Shown here: piece by piece, positions 1 to 20,851 of the stretch
Numbering within the stretch: position 1 is the stretch's first letter
Layout of the letters: every line of letters starts with the position of its first letter
Assembly (NCBI GenBank): GCA_963693365.1
Contig: CAVNZM010000004.1
Span: 454,448 to 518,447, forward strand
Direction: 5' to 3'
From: Amoebidium appalachense
Taxonomy: Eukaryota; Protista; Ichthyosporea
DNA: 64,000 bases
The notes under the pieces: generated by a model
What the model saw: only the letters and a program-made list of their open reading frames with translations
Told to the model about the DNA's origin: nothing
Database searches by the model: none
Program-made: the position numbers and the translations under genes

Positions 1-105
1 AGAGAAAAGGGGAGAGAGGACCGGAGAGCGAGGTCTTGGGATATGCACAGAAGAGCAGGTCCAGTCACACACAACCTACACGCACACGCAATGCAGCACA
101 CACAC

Positions 106-156
106 CTGTTTAGGTTGCCTGCCCGGGCGGCGCCTTGGTGTGTTCTTGGGGGCCAT
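106..156 (-). CDS. Probable first coding exon of a gene running off the left edge (product unknown)
   Basis: Context CCAACCATGG, 17 codons MAPKNTPRRRPGRQPKQ, then a CAG|GTGTGT donor; GC-rich sequence upstream. No homology recognised. Confidence 0.4.
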
Positions 157-537
157 GGTTGGCCCACACACAGCCACCTTCTACTCTGTGTGCCTGCCTG
201 CGTGCAAGGTGGGTGCCGGAAGGTTTTTGCGCTCAGTTGAAGTTCCAGCTGCAGCCGCCGGCCCCCCGCCCGCCGGGAGACTGGCCAACAGAACAGGCGC
301 TGCAAAGGTTTTAAAAATCATTAAATGATATGTTCTAAATGGTTCTACATTTTAAATTATACTCATGTAGGTTTGTAGTCTTATTTTCAATATTTGAATT
401 GTTTTGTTATCATGCAGGCAAAGAGTATCTTGTTTTTGGCGGGCTTTTCTGAGCCACTCATCCGATCCCTCATGATCAGTGAGCTCCGGTCCTTGCGAGC
501 CCTCCCCCGCGCGCCCCCCCAAAACGCGCAGAAAAAC

Positions 538-578
538 CCAAGGCCTCCTATATACTAACAGTATATAGGAGGCCTTGG
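538..578. repeat. Perfect inverted repeat, 19-bp stem and 3-nt loop
   Basis: CCAAGGCCTCCTATATACT-AAC-AGTATATAGGAGGCCTTGG, with GAAAAACC on both sides. Confidence 0.9.
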
Positions 579-1165
579 AAAAACCACAGAATATGCTAAC
601 CACACTGTACATGTAATATAGGCCATGACTACAAAGATTAACGCGTACGGCAAGCTGTTTAAAGTGCATGCGCACGTGCACCCGGTCAATCCTAATCTTG
701 AACTTCTGAAAACCACTGTATGAACACTGTACATGTACACAGCATTGTTATTGTATTGTTCGAACTTGAACTGTTCCGTTTATGCAATGTCTCGTGCGTT
801 ATGATATTTTCTGCTGTGGGGCATCATATAGTCAGTATACACTCATTTATGGTGGCCGAGTGATCATGATCATATCCATGAGCTCGATCGCCTTTGCCTT
901 ACACATTTTTATTCTTGACAAGAAGAATCCCTTGTGCATATTAAAATATATATAAAACGTGTTTCCCCCTAACTAGCTAGTAACAGGCTCAGCCGTTTCC
1001 TCCGCCTCCCCTCTTCCCCCACGGTTGCGGGCATCGTCACCACATATAACCGGTGTACAGTACTATATATGACCACGTGAACCGCCTCAATCGCGAGCCC
1101 TAAGAAAGGCCTATAGCTAGGGCACACGCTTGTCTAACAAGCCTATATAATTTTTCACTTACACA

Positions 1166-1210
<45 letters not shown>

Positions 1211-1216
1211 CCTCCT

Positions 1217-1260
<44 letters not shown>

Positions 1261-1859
1261 TTCCGGGCAACCCGTTCAAGCCCCACCTGCCCCAGCCCTC
1301 CCCCTCCGTTAACCGGCCCCCTCCCCCTGGCATGTATCCTTCCCACCTACAACTGAACTGGCCCAATCGCAAGCACTGTTAAGTTGCAGCCTACATTTTC
1401 TTTACCTAGTCAAATACTATTTACTGTATGTACACCAAGTAAAATTTGCTACGCAATCATGAAGTGGTGGTGACATCTGCATGTCATTCGACCTTGCACA
1501 TGTGACACTAGGTTGAGCCTTTCTAAGCGCACGTCGTACCATGCACATACATGCTACTACATAGTGGCAAGTTCTGCAGGAGCATTGTTGTTTTACCGCT
1601 TCATTCAACGTCCTGTTACGTACCGCCGTTCTTGCGGAACCAGCTCCGCAAACCGAGGCATGCGCCGTTCAGAGCACACACGGAAACACGTGTTTCCCGA
1701 GGCCCCCGCACAGCAGGCTGATGCAGATCTCAATCCTTTGACAGTTGATTGGTAGATCTAGAAACCGCTTTTTATGTAACAAATCAAAAAACGCTTATGC
1801 GGAAATTGTGATGATTTTAAACCAATCTAATCATGCAGCGAAAAAACAGCATGTTAAAA

Positions 1860-3722
1860 AAGGCGCCAAAGCCCTTGCTGAACTTCAGAACGCCAGTCGC
1901 CGAAGGAGATAACCTGCAACAGCACCTACCACCCACGTCCTTCCTTCGTATCATACATATACTGCCCGCCATGGCCAAATCAACTACCCCGGCCATCTCC
2001 CCGGCCAGGCTTTTTGATTTGAAATTGTACACGACTGTAACTTTGTGGCAGCTGCCAGCTTCGTCGTTTAGAAGGGTACAAGCAAGCCAACAACTGTTTC
2101 AAAGGTGGGTGGTAGGACAGTGTCCGTGTGTGTTCTCCCCTCCTCTGTCCCCCCCTCCCATGGGTATCGACGTGTGAGTGTTTGGCATAGTGTTTGGACT
2201 ACAGCTTGGCCGGCCCAGTTCACCGCGTCACGCTTGCTGGGCTTTTCCTTTCCTCCTCCAACTTCCTCCTTCCCCCTCCCCCTCCTTTGGTTCAGCAGTT
2301 CAACGCGGCACGCTTGCTGTGTGACTTTTTGCGGCTTGACGCGTCACGCTCACCGCGTTCTTTCAAACCCCCCTCTCCCCTCCATAGTTATGCAGTTCAA
2401 CGCGCCACGCTTGCTGCGCAACGTGCGGCTTGCGGCTTGACGCGCCACGCTCACCGCACCCAAGAAACCACTCTGCCCATTCCCCCATCCACCTTTGCCC
2501 TCGCGACTGTGCTGCATTCAAAGCCGTGCCTAAAACTCATATTTCGGTATCTATTCCTTTCCTTCATCGACGTTATTCCTGTTCCTAACACCCGTTTCCC
2601 CTCACAGGCATCTTCAGGCTTCATGATGCAAAATGCATGCGTGAGGCTGGCAGACAGGCAACCTGCACCTGGTGTGTGTACCGGGACTGTGCTTGGAGTG
2701 CATTCGCACAAAGGATGCCCGAGTGAAGAAATTTGCAGTACCGAAGAACTTTGAGGTGGTTGCTTTTTGAAGAATAGCCTGCCGGCTTCGCTGCGCTCTA
2801 TGTGCGGCAGCACGAGGACCGGTCACTTTGCACGGGAAGGTGAAGTCCATCCTCTGGCTCCGTCACGTTCGAGACGGTGGTTCCCCCTCCACCTGTTACA
2901 CTACTTTACCCTCATCAATCAACACAAAGCAGCCTGAGCCAGACCTGGTCGGCCCCGGGCTACTGTGATTGGGGTTGTGGGGAGATTTGTGTCACGTGAA
3001 CGCACTTGGAACTAACCAGTGCACGGCATAACGACCCGAACGGGGACACCGGCTACAAAATCACACCCGGAGTGTTAGCTGGCGGCGTAGACGAAGAGTG
3101 GGACATATGACCACAGGACACCAGCAACATTGTCTGCCAATGCCAAGGAGCGTGTTTTACAGGTGGGTGGTAGGAGAGTACCCGTTGTGCCTTCGATGTG
3201 CTCTCGCATCCCACTCATTGCCTCTTCCCTCCCATGGGTATCGATGTATGAGTCTTGGGCAAAGTGTTTGAACCACAGCATGGTTGGCCCAGTTCAACGC
3301 GTCGCGCTTGCTGGGATTTTCCTTTCTCTCTTTCTCCTCCCTCCACTGTGCCGGGTTATGCAGTTCAACGCGGCACGCTTGCCGTGTGATTTACGGCGTG
3401 CGGATTGCCGCATCACGCTCGCCGCAACATTCTTCTATTCCTCCCCCCCCCCCCCCCCCCCTCCCTCCCTTCCCCCTGTGGTTATGCAGTTCAACGCGGC
3501 ACGCTTGCTGTGTGGCTCTTGCGGCTTGACGCGTCACGCTCACCGCATTTTTTCTTCTTGCTCGCCATCCCACCCCGTCCCCTCCCTCTCTACCCCTTCC
3601 CATCCGTAATTACGCAGTTCAACGCGGCACGCTTGCTGTGTGATTACGGCTTGCGGCTTGCGCGTCACGCTCACCGCTTTCTTTTTCCTCTCAAACCCCT
3701 CCTATCTCCCCCCTCGTCCCCC

Positions 3723-3753
<31 letters not shown>

Positions 3754-4330
3754 CCCCGGCTACGCAGTTCAACGCGACACGCTTGCTGTTTGGCCTTTGC
3801 GGCTTGACGCGTCACGCTCACCGCATTTTTTTTCCATTTAAACCCCTCTATCCCCTCCGTGGTTACGCAGTTCAACACGGCACGCTTGCTGTGTGACTTA
3901 CAGCTTGCGGCTTGACACATCACGCTCACCGCACCTAAGAACCCACTCCACTCTTGCAACCATGCTGTACTTTGAACATTTTGCCTAAAACTCGTATGTC
4001 GTTACCCATTCATTTCGTTGGTGTGGACTTGCTCACAACCGCCTGTCTCCCTCGTGTACACCTTGCCGTGCCTGACCGTTTCCCCCGCCTCTCTCTCTCC
4101 CATAATCCACATGTTCTGTTCCTAACCCCCCTTTCCTTTCACAGGTACCTTCAGACATGGGTCCCAGGAGCAGTACAGTGGCTGCTGCATGCAACACGTG
4201 TTGCACGGACTGCTGCTAAACTTCGCCGGGGTTGCAGACCCCCGCACCACCCAGCTCAATGCATGGAAAGCAAAGCTAGAGCCTGCTTCAGGGCGTGGGG
4301 CTGTGGGGAGCGCCTTTATTTACATGGGAA
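1860..4330 (+). pseudogene. Degenerate spliced Cys-rich coding relic (pseudogene or decayed transposon)
   Basis: Two homologous intron-like segments (about 2105-2607 and 3163-4144; AG|GTGGGTGG ... CTAAC ... TCACAG|). Joined junctions read CFKG/IFR and CFTG/TFR. Flanking frames have Cys clusters (CGSC, CTWC, CQC) interrupted by stops. Confidence 0.3.
2214..3935. repeat. Clustered CpG-rich ~60-nt repeat, about 9 copies in two groups
   Basis: Core GCAGTTCAACGCGGCACGCTTGCTG...GCGGCTTGACGCGTCACGCTCACCGC near 2296, 2392, 3360, 3487, 3615, 3765, 3868; half copies near 2216 and 3290; pyrimidine-rich spacers. Confidence 0.85.
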
Positions 4331-4593
4331 CACACCTATATATATATATATATGCAGGTTGCAGCAGGTTATTTCATTGCAGCTGCTGCTTGAAATAAAC
4401 ATGGGCAAAGACCTTCCAATAAGGAATGCCGATGTTGCATATGTGAATATGACCATACATGCACTCAATTTAGCTTTTGTGTGCCACTTGTCACTGACAG
4501 CAAGCAACAGTAACTTTTACTGAGTGTACATGTGAGCGGTTTCTCCGAGTCACTTGCGTGGTGGGCATATATGTAAATATACTGGGGTGGGGA

Positions 4594-4672
<79 letters not shown>

Positions 4673-6038
4673 CATTTCTTTCATACTTTTTTTTTCCCTC
4701 TTTCTTTTCTCTATTCTTTCTCTTCCTTCTTGTTGTTGTGGGGTTTTTTTTTTTTTTTGGTTTTTTTTTGGGTGGGGGGGATCAAGGTAGGGAAGACTCG
4801 TGGATGGTACGGTGCCTACTCTTGTGGGAGTGAGTCTCTCCTTTTCCCATCCTCCACCTCCCTCCCCCTCCCCCACCTGCAGGCCCGGGCTTCCGAGACA
4901 GTATTCTGAGGGCAACGAAAGACGCGTACGGTAAATAACTTTTGCATACTTCATAGCCAGATGCATATGGGAAGTGCAAGTGCAGTATTAATTGGACTGA
5001 AAGGGGGCGAAGCTTCGGGGGGAGGTGACGAGGCAATATATTGCTTGGTAGATCGGCCGACAATGAGTAAGGCCTATATAGCTAGCGCTATATGAACATC
5101 TGTCACCGGGATCATGGCCACCAAGTCGCACGCATAGGCGCCTGATCGTGACCACCTGGCCCCAACATTCCAAGTTGAGAATTAATAGCCCGCGGCGCCT
5201 CCTTCCCCCCCCCCCCCCCCCACATATGCATACACAAACCCCCACCCATCTCCTGCCTAGGCCTCGGGGTTGAGTATCATTGGATGGACTGTGCCAGATA
5301 TATATACGGTTCCAGCACTGTTTTCAACTGAGTGATTATTTGGCACCATATTCCTACTTTTTTTTTCCTTTTATAAAAAGTTTTTTTGGCGCGCAAAACT
5401 TCCCGCCCAAATTTCTATATTTGGCTAATCGTGTGATTGCGTGGAAATTATTGGTCCATACATAATTTATATGAGATTGCGATATTGCTACTTTCTCTTT
5501 ACTTTTATAAAAACTATTCTACGACTGGTTTAAATGGGAACTCCCTACTTTTCGGTGCAAAAATCCTGTCTATAGCAGCCAATCAGTTGACCCGGCTGCC
5601 ATACATGGTGTTTACTGGACATTACAGGAGCTCCATGCCCATATACCCTAGGCCAGCACTGTGCTTGGTGCATAACATTTCGTTTGATATTTCTTTTTCA
5701 ATGTTTACTTTACAGGCTCAGACCCTCTCTGCCACGGACAGATAGAGCTTCACCCATTTACGGCCACCAGTCTCACCCTGTAGATTGGTAGATACAGGCT
5801 ATCATCGAACCTACTAGATGTGCATGTATGCATTCATTCAGTCGTATTAATCATAGAGAGGTGCATGGATCATTCGCATTTGTAGGTTTGCATCGTGGAG
5901 TTAAAACTGAAAAATAGAACAATATCTTCTATGGTTCCAGCATTAACCTTACCATTAAGTGTCTCCTCGTGTGTGCAGCAGAACATCAAAGTTTGTGCAT
6001 ACAGTTCTAGCTGCGAACATGTGTGTGCTTTTATGTAC

Positions 6039-6103
<65 letters not shown>

Positions 6104-6189
6104 CATTTGCGCGCGCGCGCGCGTGTGTGTGTCAGTGTGTGTGTGTGTGTGTGTGTGTCAGAGAGAGAGAGAGTGTGTGTGTGAGTGTG

Positions 6190-6263
<74 letters not shown>

Positions 6264-6371
6264 CGAGTGTGTGGCCATGGGTACGAATGTGTGCGCTTGT
6301 TTGTCTGTGTTCCGATGTGTACATGTGAGCCCACATCACGGCCACACGCGACACGCCGTTCACCCAGACTG

Positions 6372-13086
<6,715 letters not shown>

Positions 13087-13575
13087 GCTGCCAAGGGGTA
13101 GAAACAAGCGCCTTTCTAAACCGTTTGTGTGTGCACCTTTTGTGAAACTTCGAAAGTGAAACGCACACGTGTGCTGTACGTGCCTGTCACTGCACGAACA
13201 CGATTACATGTCCCCCTAGATCAGCTGAGCCACATGCACGCGCGCGCAGCTGCGAGGCTCGGTCGACGGAGCGTGTTGGTCACTGGCGGGTGGCTGGGTG
13301 GCGGTGGTGGTTTCAAGCGTGTGTGTGCTGGAACGTATCATAATTATTAGTGCTCATAACTGCATTACCTGGCTAGTTCGATAGCACACAACTGTGCTGC
13401 GCTGTATTACTTTCTAGCATAAAAGGGTCGCAAGGCATACGCGTGGGCTCATAGGTGAGAGAGAGTCAGTCGCCCCAAGTGCACAAATAGGCACATACAC
13501 ACACGCACACACACAGCGGCTTCCCGCCCCTTACACTCTGCCAGTCACGCGCACAGTCACGCGCACAGCCACAAC

Positions 13576-13984
13576 ATGGCCACGTGTCTTAGGCGGTCGC
13601 TAGTCCTTGTCCGTGCCCTGCCCATCCGTGCCGCCCCGGGTAGGTGACGTGTGGGGAGGGGGAGAGAGAGGGGCGGGGGGTTTTAGGTGGAAGGGGTGTT
13701 GGGGTAGGGGAGGCGGAGGGGGCAGGTTGAGCAAGGAGATCTGCAGGTTAATTAGCGGGGGGATAGGTGTGGAAAGATACAATTATCTGCGTGTGTTTTA
13801 TGTTGGTAGAATATAAGAGGATAAGGACAGTGTCGGCAGGCAAAGACGCCAACAACACATAAACAATGCGCAAGCGTGCACACGCTCACGCACCCACCCA
13901 CACAAGCACACACACCCACCAGAAATCACACGCGCACTGAAACACATGCACACACACAAATATACACACACAAACAGACACATA

Positions 13985-14020
<36 letters not shown>

Positions 14021-14234
14021 CTTCCCCACAACACACATAAGGCAATACTGTGACACTGAGAGAGGGAGGGAGGTGAAGGGGGGGAGGAGGGGGGGAGGGG
14101 GGGAGATGGATGTGTGCGAGAGAGGAAGAGAGAGGGGGGGTGAGGGGGTGGGGGGAGACAGAAGAATTGGGAGAGATGGGGGGAGGGGGGAAGTGGGCAA
14201 GAGGGAAGCACACCTACCCACATGAGGCGCACAT

Positions 14235-14273
<39 letters not shown>

Positions 14274-14341
14274 CGCCTTCTTTCACCATGCACACACACG
14301 TGCACCATCACAGGCAAACTTACGCGCGCACACACACACAC

Positions 14342-14401
<60 letters not shown>

Positions 14402-14407
14402 TGCACG

Positions 14408-14439
<32 letters not shown>

Positions 14440-15137
14440 TGCACGAAGGACATACGCATGCATGTGGGTGGTACATCATCGACGGAGCTGTATCGTGTGT
14501 ACGAACCTAGCCCTAAAGTTCACAGGCACACACGGGCTATGGATAGCCTGTCATCCCCTTGATAAGTGCACACTTGCTTAGGCACCACACTTATTTTTGT
14601 GCTTGCCAATATTTACGAGGAAGTTTTACAAGGTGGAAACAAACGTGGCATAGAGAATATCATAGTGCTGGTTGTTCAGCCATCACACAGAATGCCTGGT
14701 ATGAAAAGACCTTAAACACATGCCCCCCTCACCCACCCACCCATCACCTACCGTGGCCAGCAGTATTTAAGGGTAGTAATGGAGATGGTTGTGATGGTTA
14801 CGTCTGTGTAAGGGGTTGTGGTGGTACTGTGGATCTGTGGGTGTCAGTGTGTGTGTGTGTGTGTGTGTGTGTTGGGGGAGGGGGGGAAAGGGGGGGTTTT
14901 GTGTGTAGGACTGACTGGGTGGGGCCACAGCGGCCAAGGGAGCGCCAGCAGCAAAAAAGAAGGCCGGCAAGGATGCCGGTGGCGGTGAGACCCCCCTCCC
15001 TCCTTCTCCCTGGGGAAGAAGAACCCCCTTCCAAAAATATCCCCCTCCGCCTTCCCTCTCCCTTTTCTTTGTGTAAATGTGTGTGTTCGTGGGGCAGGGG
15101 TGTGTGTGTGTGTGGTGGTGGTGGTGGTGTGTGTGTG

Positions 15138-15170
<33 letters not shown>

Positions 15171-15365
15171 GTTCTTTTCTCCAGCTCGTGATGTGAGAAG
15201 GAACGTAAATTCAGGCAAAGGAAAGAGAGGTCAAAGCCAGAATACACCTGCACGGTGGATATGATGCGTGCTGGGTGGGTCAGTTGTGTTTGTATGTTTG
15301 GTGGCCGTGCTTTAGAAGTGCGTTAATGGATCTTGGTGTTTGCGGGTTTATGTTCCTTTGGGGCG

Positions 15366-15424
<59 letters not shown>

Positions 15425-15519
15425 CGCGCGCGTGTGTGCGCGCACGCCCGTGTGTGTGCGTGCGTGTGTGCGTGCGTGCGCGATGTGTGGTGGTGGTGGT
15501 GGTGTTTTTTTTTTTTTTT

Positions 15520-15550
<31 letters not shown>

Positions 15551-16618
15551 GAGAAGGGGGAAGAGGAAGAGCAAAAATCTATTGGCTTAACTACCTACTA
15601 TTACACACAGCTGTTCTAGACATTGCAGCTAGCATGTGGTGTAGGTCTGAAGGTGGAGTGTAGCTGTTGAGGAGACTCATCTGCGAAACATCAACATCCC
15701 CCCTCCTCCCCCCTCCCCCCTCCCCCCTCTTTCAACCCCCCCCCCCTCCCCCCCTCCCCCACCCACCCACCCACGCACACACACACACACACACACACAA
15801 ACCCTCCCGCCTCCCCTCCCCCCTTTTCCTCCCCCCTTGTGAGTGCAGGCAAGCCCACGGTGGTAGCCAACTTCAACCCTGCCGTGTGCAACGGAGCAAA
15901 CATCTACGTGGGGGGTGAGGACCCACCACTCAGGCCAAAGTATGCTCAACCTCCCCCCTCCCCCCGCCCCACCCACCTACTCACACACCCAGAGAGGCAC
16001 ACACACACACATTACATTCACTGGCACACACATACAAACACAGACACAGACACAGACCTACACACACACAGACAGACATGCGCGCGCACAGAGACAGACA
16101 CGCGGGCACATGAAGCGCACACACGAACACACACAGAACGAAAAAAAGGCAGTGGGCCGTTCACAAACATTTGAATTTCCACCCCTGATTGTTGCTTGCA
16201 ACGGGCAGAAGGCAGATGGCTCTCTTCCCCTGCCTTGTGTTAATGAAGGTAGCCGTGACCAAACATCACTGATACCCGCGCCTGATAAGTTGCATTGGGT
16301 CCTAAATGTATGCGTTTTTGCACCAAACACAACAAGGAAAACATGTGTGATGATAAGGCTTCCAATGCATGCATATGCATATTTTACTTGGTGTGTATGC
16401 ACTGTGTTTCTGTTGCGAGTCTTGACACTGGGTGCAGTGTAATGCGTTCTAACTCCCCCCATTCCCCCCCTCCCCTCCCGCTCCCCTTTCTCCCGGGTTG
16501 CCCTCCGTCTTCCCCTGTGTTCAAAACCCATACACTCGCGCACCCTCACACTTGCAAGAACTTTCACGCACATCGTTACAAACGTATGCCCACCCACCTA
16601 CACACACCTACACACGCC

Positions 16619-16695
<77 letters not shown>

Positions 16696-17045
16696 GCGCG
16701 CACACACACACATACGCACACACACACACACACACACACAGCGAGGAGTATCCGGACTGGCTATGGACACTTTTGGATGAGCCAAGTATATACTCCCCCC
16801 CCCCTTCCCCCCCCCCCCCCCCCCCACCCACCCACCCCCCCCCCCATCCCCCCATCCCCCAAGCCCCGAGATCTCTAGTTAATCTTCTGTGCTGCTTGGG
16901 GCCAACCCCAATACACCGTTTTTTTGGTGGTTGGTGGTGTGAAAATTGATGGGGAGTTGCCGCCACTGAGAGGGGTGTGCTAATATGCACCCACGACCCC
17001 TATTCACCTCGGTTTTTCGCTAATATTTCGGAAACCACTTATCGG

Positions 17046-17085
<40 letters not shown>

Positions 17086-17613
17086 ACAAACCCAGGCGCC
17101 AAAATATCTCATTAATTAAGCTCATTCCAACGGTACAATTTGTTTGTTAAAAGCTTCTAAATAGCCTACACTTTATTATGAGAAGTTTGGTTTTTACTAT
17201 TGGCCGCGGCGACTTTAAAGTTCCTGTACATCGGTCTGCGGGATTGCCGGCTGATGAGCTGCCGATAGACGGTGCTCCGGTATCCAATCATAGCTCTTTT
17301 TTTTATTGCCACGACTCATTTTGGGGTCAGGAAAATTGTGTGTGTGTTTGGTGGTGGTGTGGTTGTGTGCGTGCGCTTGTGCGTGGATGTGTTGCGTGGA
17401 TGGGGGATGGAATGAGGTACACATGTTGTTTGCAGCCCACAACGGTATTGAATTCGGGGGGGGTGTTATTGCCTGTCATGTACCTTGTAATGCACACGAC
17501 TAATTATGTTGGCGTGCGGTGCAGAAATCACGGACCCCCTTGACAAGCGCTACTGGCGCAAGCTGAGAAAGACAAGCATCCGCAAGGCAAACCAGCTGAC
17601 GGCCAGGAAGTAG
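13576..17613 (+). CDS. MRPL54: Mitochondrial ribosomal protein mL54 (MRPL54 / yeast Mrpl37 family), ~113 aa
   Basis: Exons 13576-13639, 14931-14984, 15849-15939, 16742-16785, 17525-17613 in phase. Arg-rich presequence; [27 protein letters not shown] and [16 protein letters not shown] match mL54. An extra small exon in intron 1 cannot be excluded. Confidence 0.88.
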
Positions 17614-18458
17614 CATGTGCCTGGTGCACGTGCATGGGTGATAAACGGGGGTGGGGTGAGTGAGGCGAGAATGTGCACGGTTGTTCGTTGTGGACGTGCA
17701 GGTGCTTTTTCCTTTGTCGATCTGGATTTTGGTTGTGGGTGTGTGGCTGAATATTATCATGCCTGGTTGTTTGTGTGTCTGGATGGCTTGCGTTTTTTCT
17801 GACGTGTGCGTGTGTGTGTGTGCTTGGGGGGGGGAGGGGGGAGGGAGCTCGAGGGATGGGAGAGACAAAGGTGCATCTGGCAGAGCTGCCTTCCATCGGT
17901 CAAGTTTATGCCACGGCCAGCGTGGGGTAGTGGGGTCGGCACAGTCGGCCTACACCACACACTATGTACATGCACGGCCATGCCTGTCTGTGTCTGTATG
18001 TGTGCACGTGTACAGGTCCTTGTGTGCATGTGTACGTCATGTGCATATATGCTGCCTTGTGTTTAGTCTTATGCAAGTATAAAACCTTCCATCTTTGGCC
18101 AACACGTCCGAGTGCGCATGTGTGTGTACGTCTTGTTCATCGTCATTAGCAGTGTTATCAACTATATGATGATCATTTCTGCGGCTTGCCATTGGTAAAC
18201 AACCAAAAAAAAAAAAAAAAAGGAAACAGGTAAAAAGACAGACATTCGAGATTCATAATGTAGCGAGGGCCAGCTATGCCAAGACCACATCGTGGCTCCA
18301 AACAGCCCTTCAGTGGGTCACCCATCCGGCCAGCACACACGTGCAAATACTACCTGTGTATTTGCCACATTGTAGATACGATAGTGTGGAAATGAATCTT
18401 ACATTCCTCCGCTGTTTTGATTCAGATTGCAGCCAGCCATTGCAGACACAGAGAGAGC

Positions 18459-18512
18459 CTATGCCTTGAGGTGTTCCGTGGCTGCATCACGACACGTGTC
18501 AGTGTGTGTCTC

Positions 18513-18544
<32 letters not shown>

Positions 18545-20332
18545 TGTGTGTGTGCGCGCGCGTACACACGCCCGTGCGCGCTTAAGGGTGTTTGTGGGCC
18601 TGCGTGCAGGGCGTGGGTCGGGGAGGGGGGAGCGTAGGAATATGCGGAACAGAGCACGAAGTACCCATTTACGACGGGTGTTGCAGGTGAAAGAGTTGGC
18701 CCAGGCAGGAAGGGAGGGGGTATATCCGCATGCATATAACTCGCCACAAAACAAGATCCCCCAAGCACCCCCACACCCTCTATGCATGTGCTACTGGTGC
18801 CACTGGCAGGTGGCTGGGGATTGGCCTAGATCGTGGTGGTGCTGGTGCTGGCGCTGGTGGGTGAGGGGAGGGGTTATAGGGATACTATTTACATACTCGT
18901 AAAAGTTGCCGGGTCCATTCTTTCAATGTAGAGATGGCCGTCTAGGTGGTCCATCTCGTGCTGGGGCACAACTAGTTAGCACGTGCATGCTTGTGGCAGC
19001 ACACAGGCACACACACACACACACACATGCACACATGCACACACACACACACACACACACACACGACGGGGGGAAGGGGGGGGGGGAGGGGAGATTTCGT
19101 GTTCACATGTTTTAACGCTCATGCTTGTAAGTGAAGGGCGGATGTGTGTACATTTGTAAGGAGAAAAAAATGGTGGTGGTGGAAAGCACTTAGGGCGGGG
19201 GGAGGGGAAGGGGGGAGAGGGGAGGGACAAGGAAAGGGGGGGAGGGGGGCGAGAGAGGGGGGAAGGGAGGGAAACAGAGGGGGGCCCGGTGGGGGGGTGG
19301 AGGGGGGGGGGGGGGGGAGGGAAGGGGGAGAAAGAAAGTGGGGGTGTATAGTAACAAGCCCTGCAAAAGAGCATAGGCTTACCTGCAGCACCCTAGCCAG
19401 GAAGCCCTTAGCGTCAGTGATGTGTTGTCTGCCCTGCTCGTCCAATGCGGTCACCCGCACACCATGTGCCCTGCGCACCACAGCCGCATAGCCTGCATGT
19501 GGTGTATGTGTGTTGGTGGGTGCACGTGCCCAGGGTGGTTTCATGGTTTCACGTTTGAGCCTAAGATAACGGAGTGCTGATTGGCATGGAATACTCAGCA
19601 TAAAAGGCACCAACCATAAGATAGGGCAATGGATGTGAGAGACATATATGGGCAAGCCTCGAGGAACCCACAGACTTTCAAAACATGTTCGAACCCCCGA
19701 ATCAAATGGCAAAGTCCATGCCCACCCCTCGTTTTCTCACCATGATGACTCCCCTATCCCCCCCCCCCCCCTCCCCCCCCCCCCCCCCCCCCCCCCCGCG
19801 GCCCGGAGGGGAACTTTACGCCAAGACCCAACATATTACCATTACCATCACCACCACGAATAACAAACATAACACAAGCACACCATACACACATACTCAA
19901 GCACGCCCGAACAACACCCCGCCATAAATTTCTCTCTCCCCCCCCCCCTCCCCTCTTCCTTCCCCACTATATTCATCCTGCCCTTCACATCTCCTTTCCA
20001 GCTTCTCCCATATCCCCTCCCCAACCGCACCCACATACCATCGACACTCAGACACCCCTCGTGTGTAGCCACCATCCTCTTATCTGTGACCCTCATTGTT
20101 GGGTTAACAAACACCCTCAGTGGAAACTCCTCCATGCCAAGCTCCTGTTTCTCCTCTGCACCGAGCTGCGCCAAATCCCTCTGTGTGATTTGCGCAACAA
20201 AGATGCGCTTGGGCACACCAAGTTGGCTGGCGGCAAGACCGTAGCCGCCCTTGGTGCGGTGTTGCACTTGCTTGATCTGTTTTTTTGTTTTTTTTTGTTT
20301 TGTTTTTTTTTTTTTTTGGCGGTGGTGGTGGT

Positions 20333-20363
<31 letters not shown>

Positions 20364-20804
20364 AGGGGGGAGGGAGGGGGAGGATGTAAACAAATGTTTG
20401 CCATATGAAGAAAAATATAAAATAAGGGATAAGTCCCTCTCCTCCTCCCCCCCCCCCCCCCGGGCCTCTTCCCCCCTACGTAAAGAGGGGAGGGGGGAAA
20501 GGAAGGACCGGGGGGAGGAGGAGAAGGGATGAGGGAGGGGAGTGGACGAGGGTAGGGCAAGAGAAATAGAGAGAGAGAAAGTTGTAGTGAGTGGAGAGGC
20601 GGCGGGGGGGGAGGGGGGGGGGGGGGGGGGAGACAAAGAGAGGGGTTGGGGGAGGAGGGAAGAAGGGAGGAAGGAAGGGAGGGAGAGAACGGGGCGGAGA
20701 AAGGGAGGGATGGGGGGAGAGGGGGAGGGAGCGAGAGAGGCAGAGAGGAGGGAGGGAGGGGGAGAGAGAGAGAAAGAGAGGGTGGAGAGAGAGAGAGGAT
20801 TGGG

Positions 20805-20851
<47 letters not shown>

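Noticed and set aside
2214-3935. CRISPR-like repeat-spacer look
   Set aside because: Eukaryotic context, degenerate ~60-nt repeats, low-complexity spacers related to each other, and no cas genes.
5320-5595. AT-rich MITE-like segment (also 17020-17310, 42310-42660, 56220-56470)
   Set aside because: At most short, weak inverted ends, no TSD and no second copy in the window.
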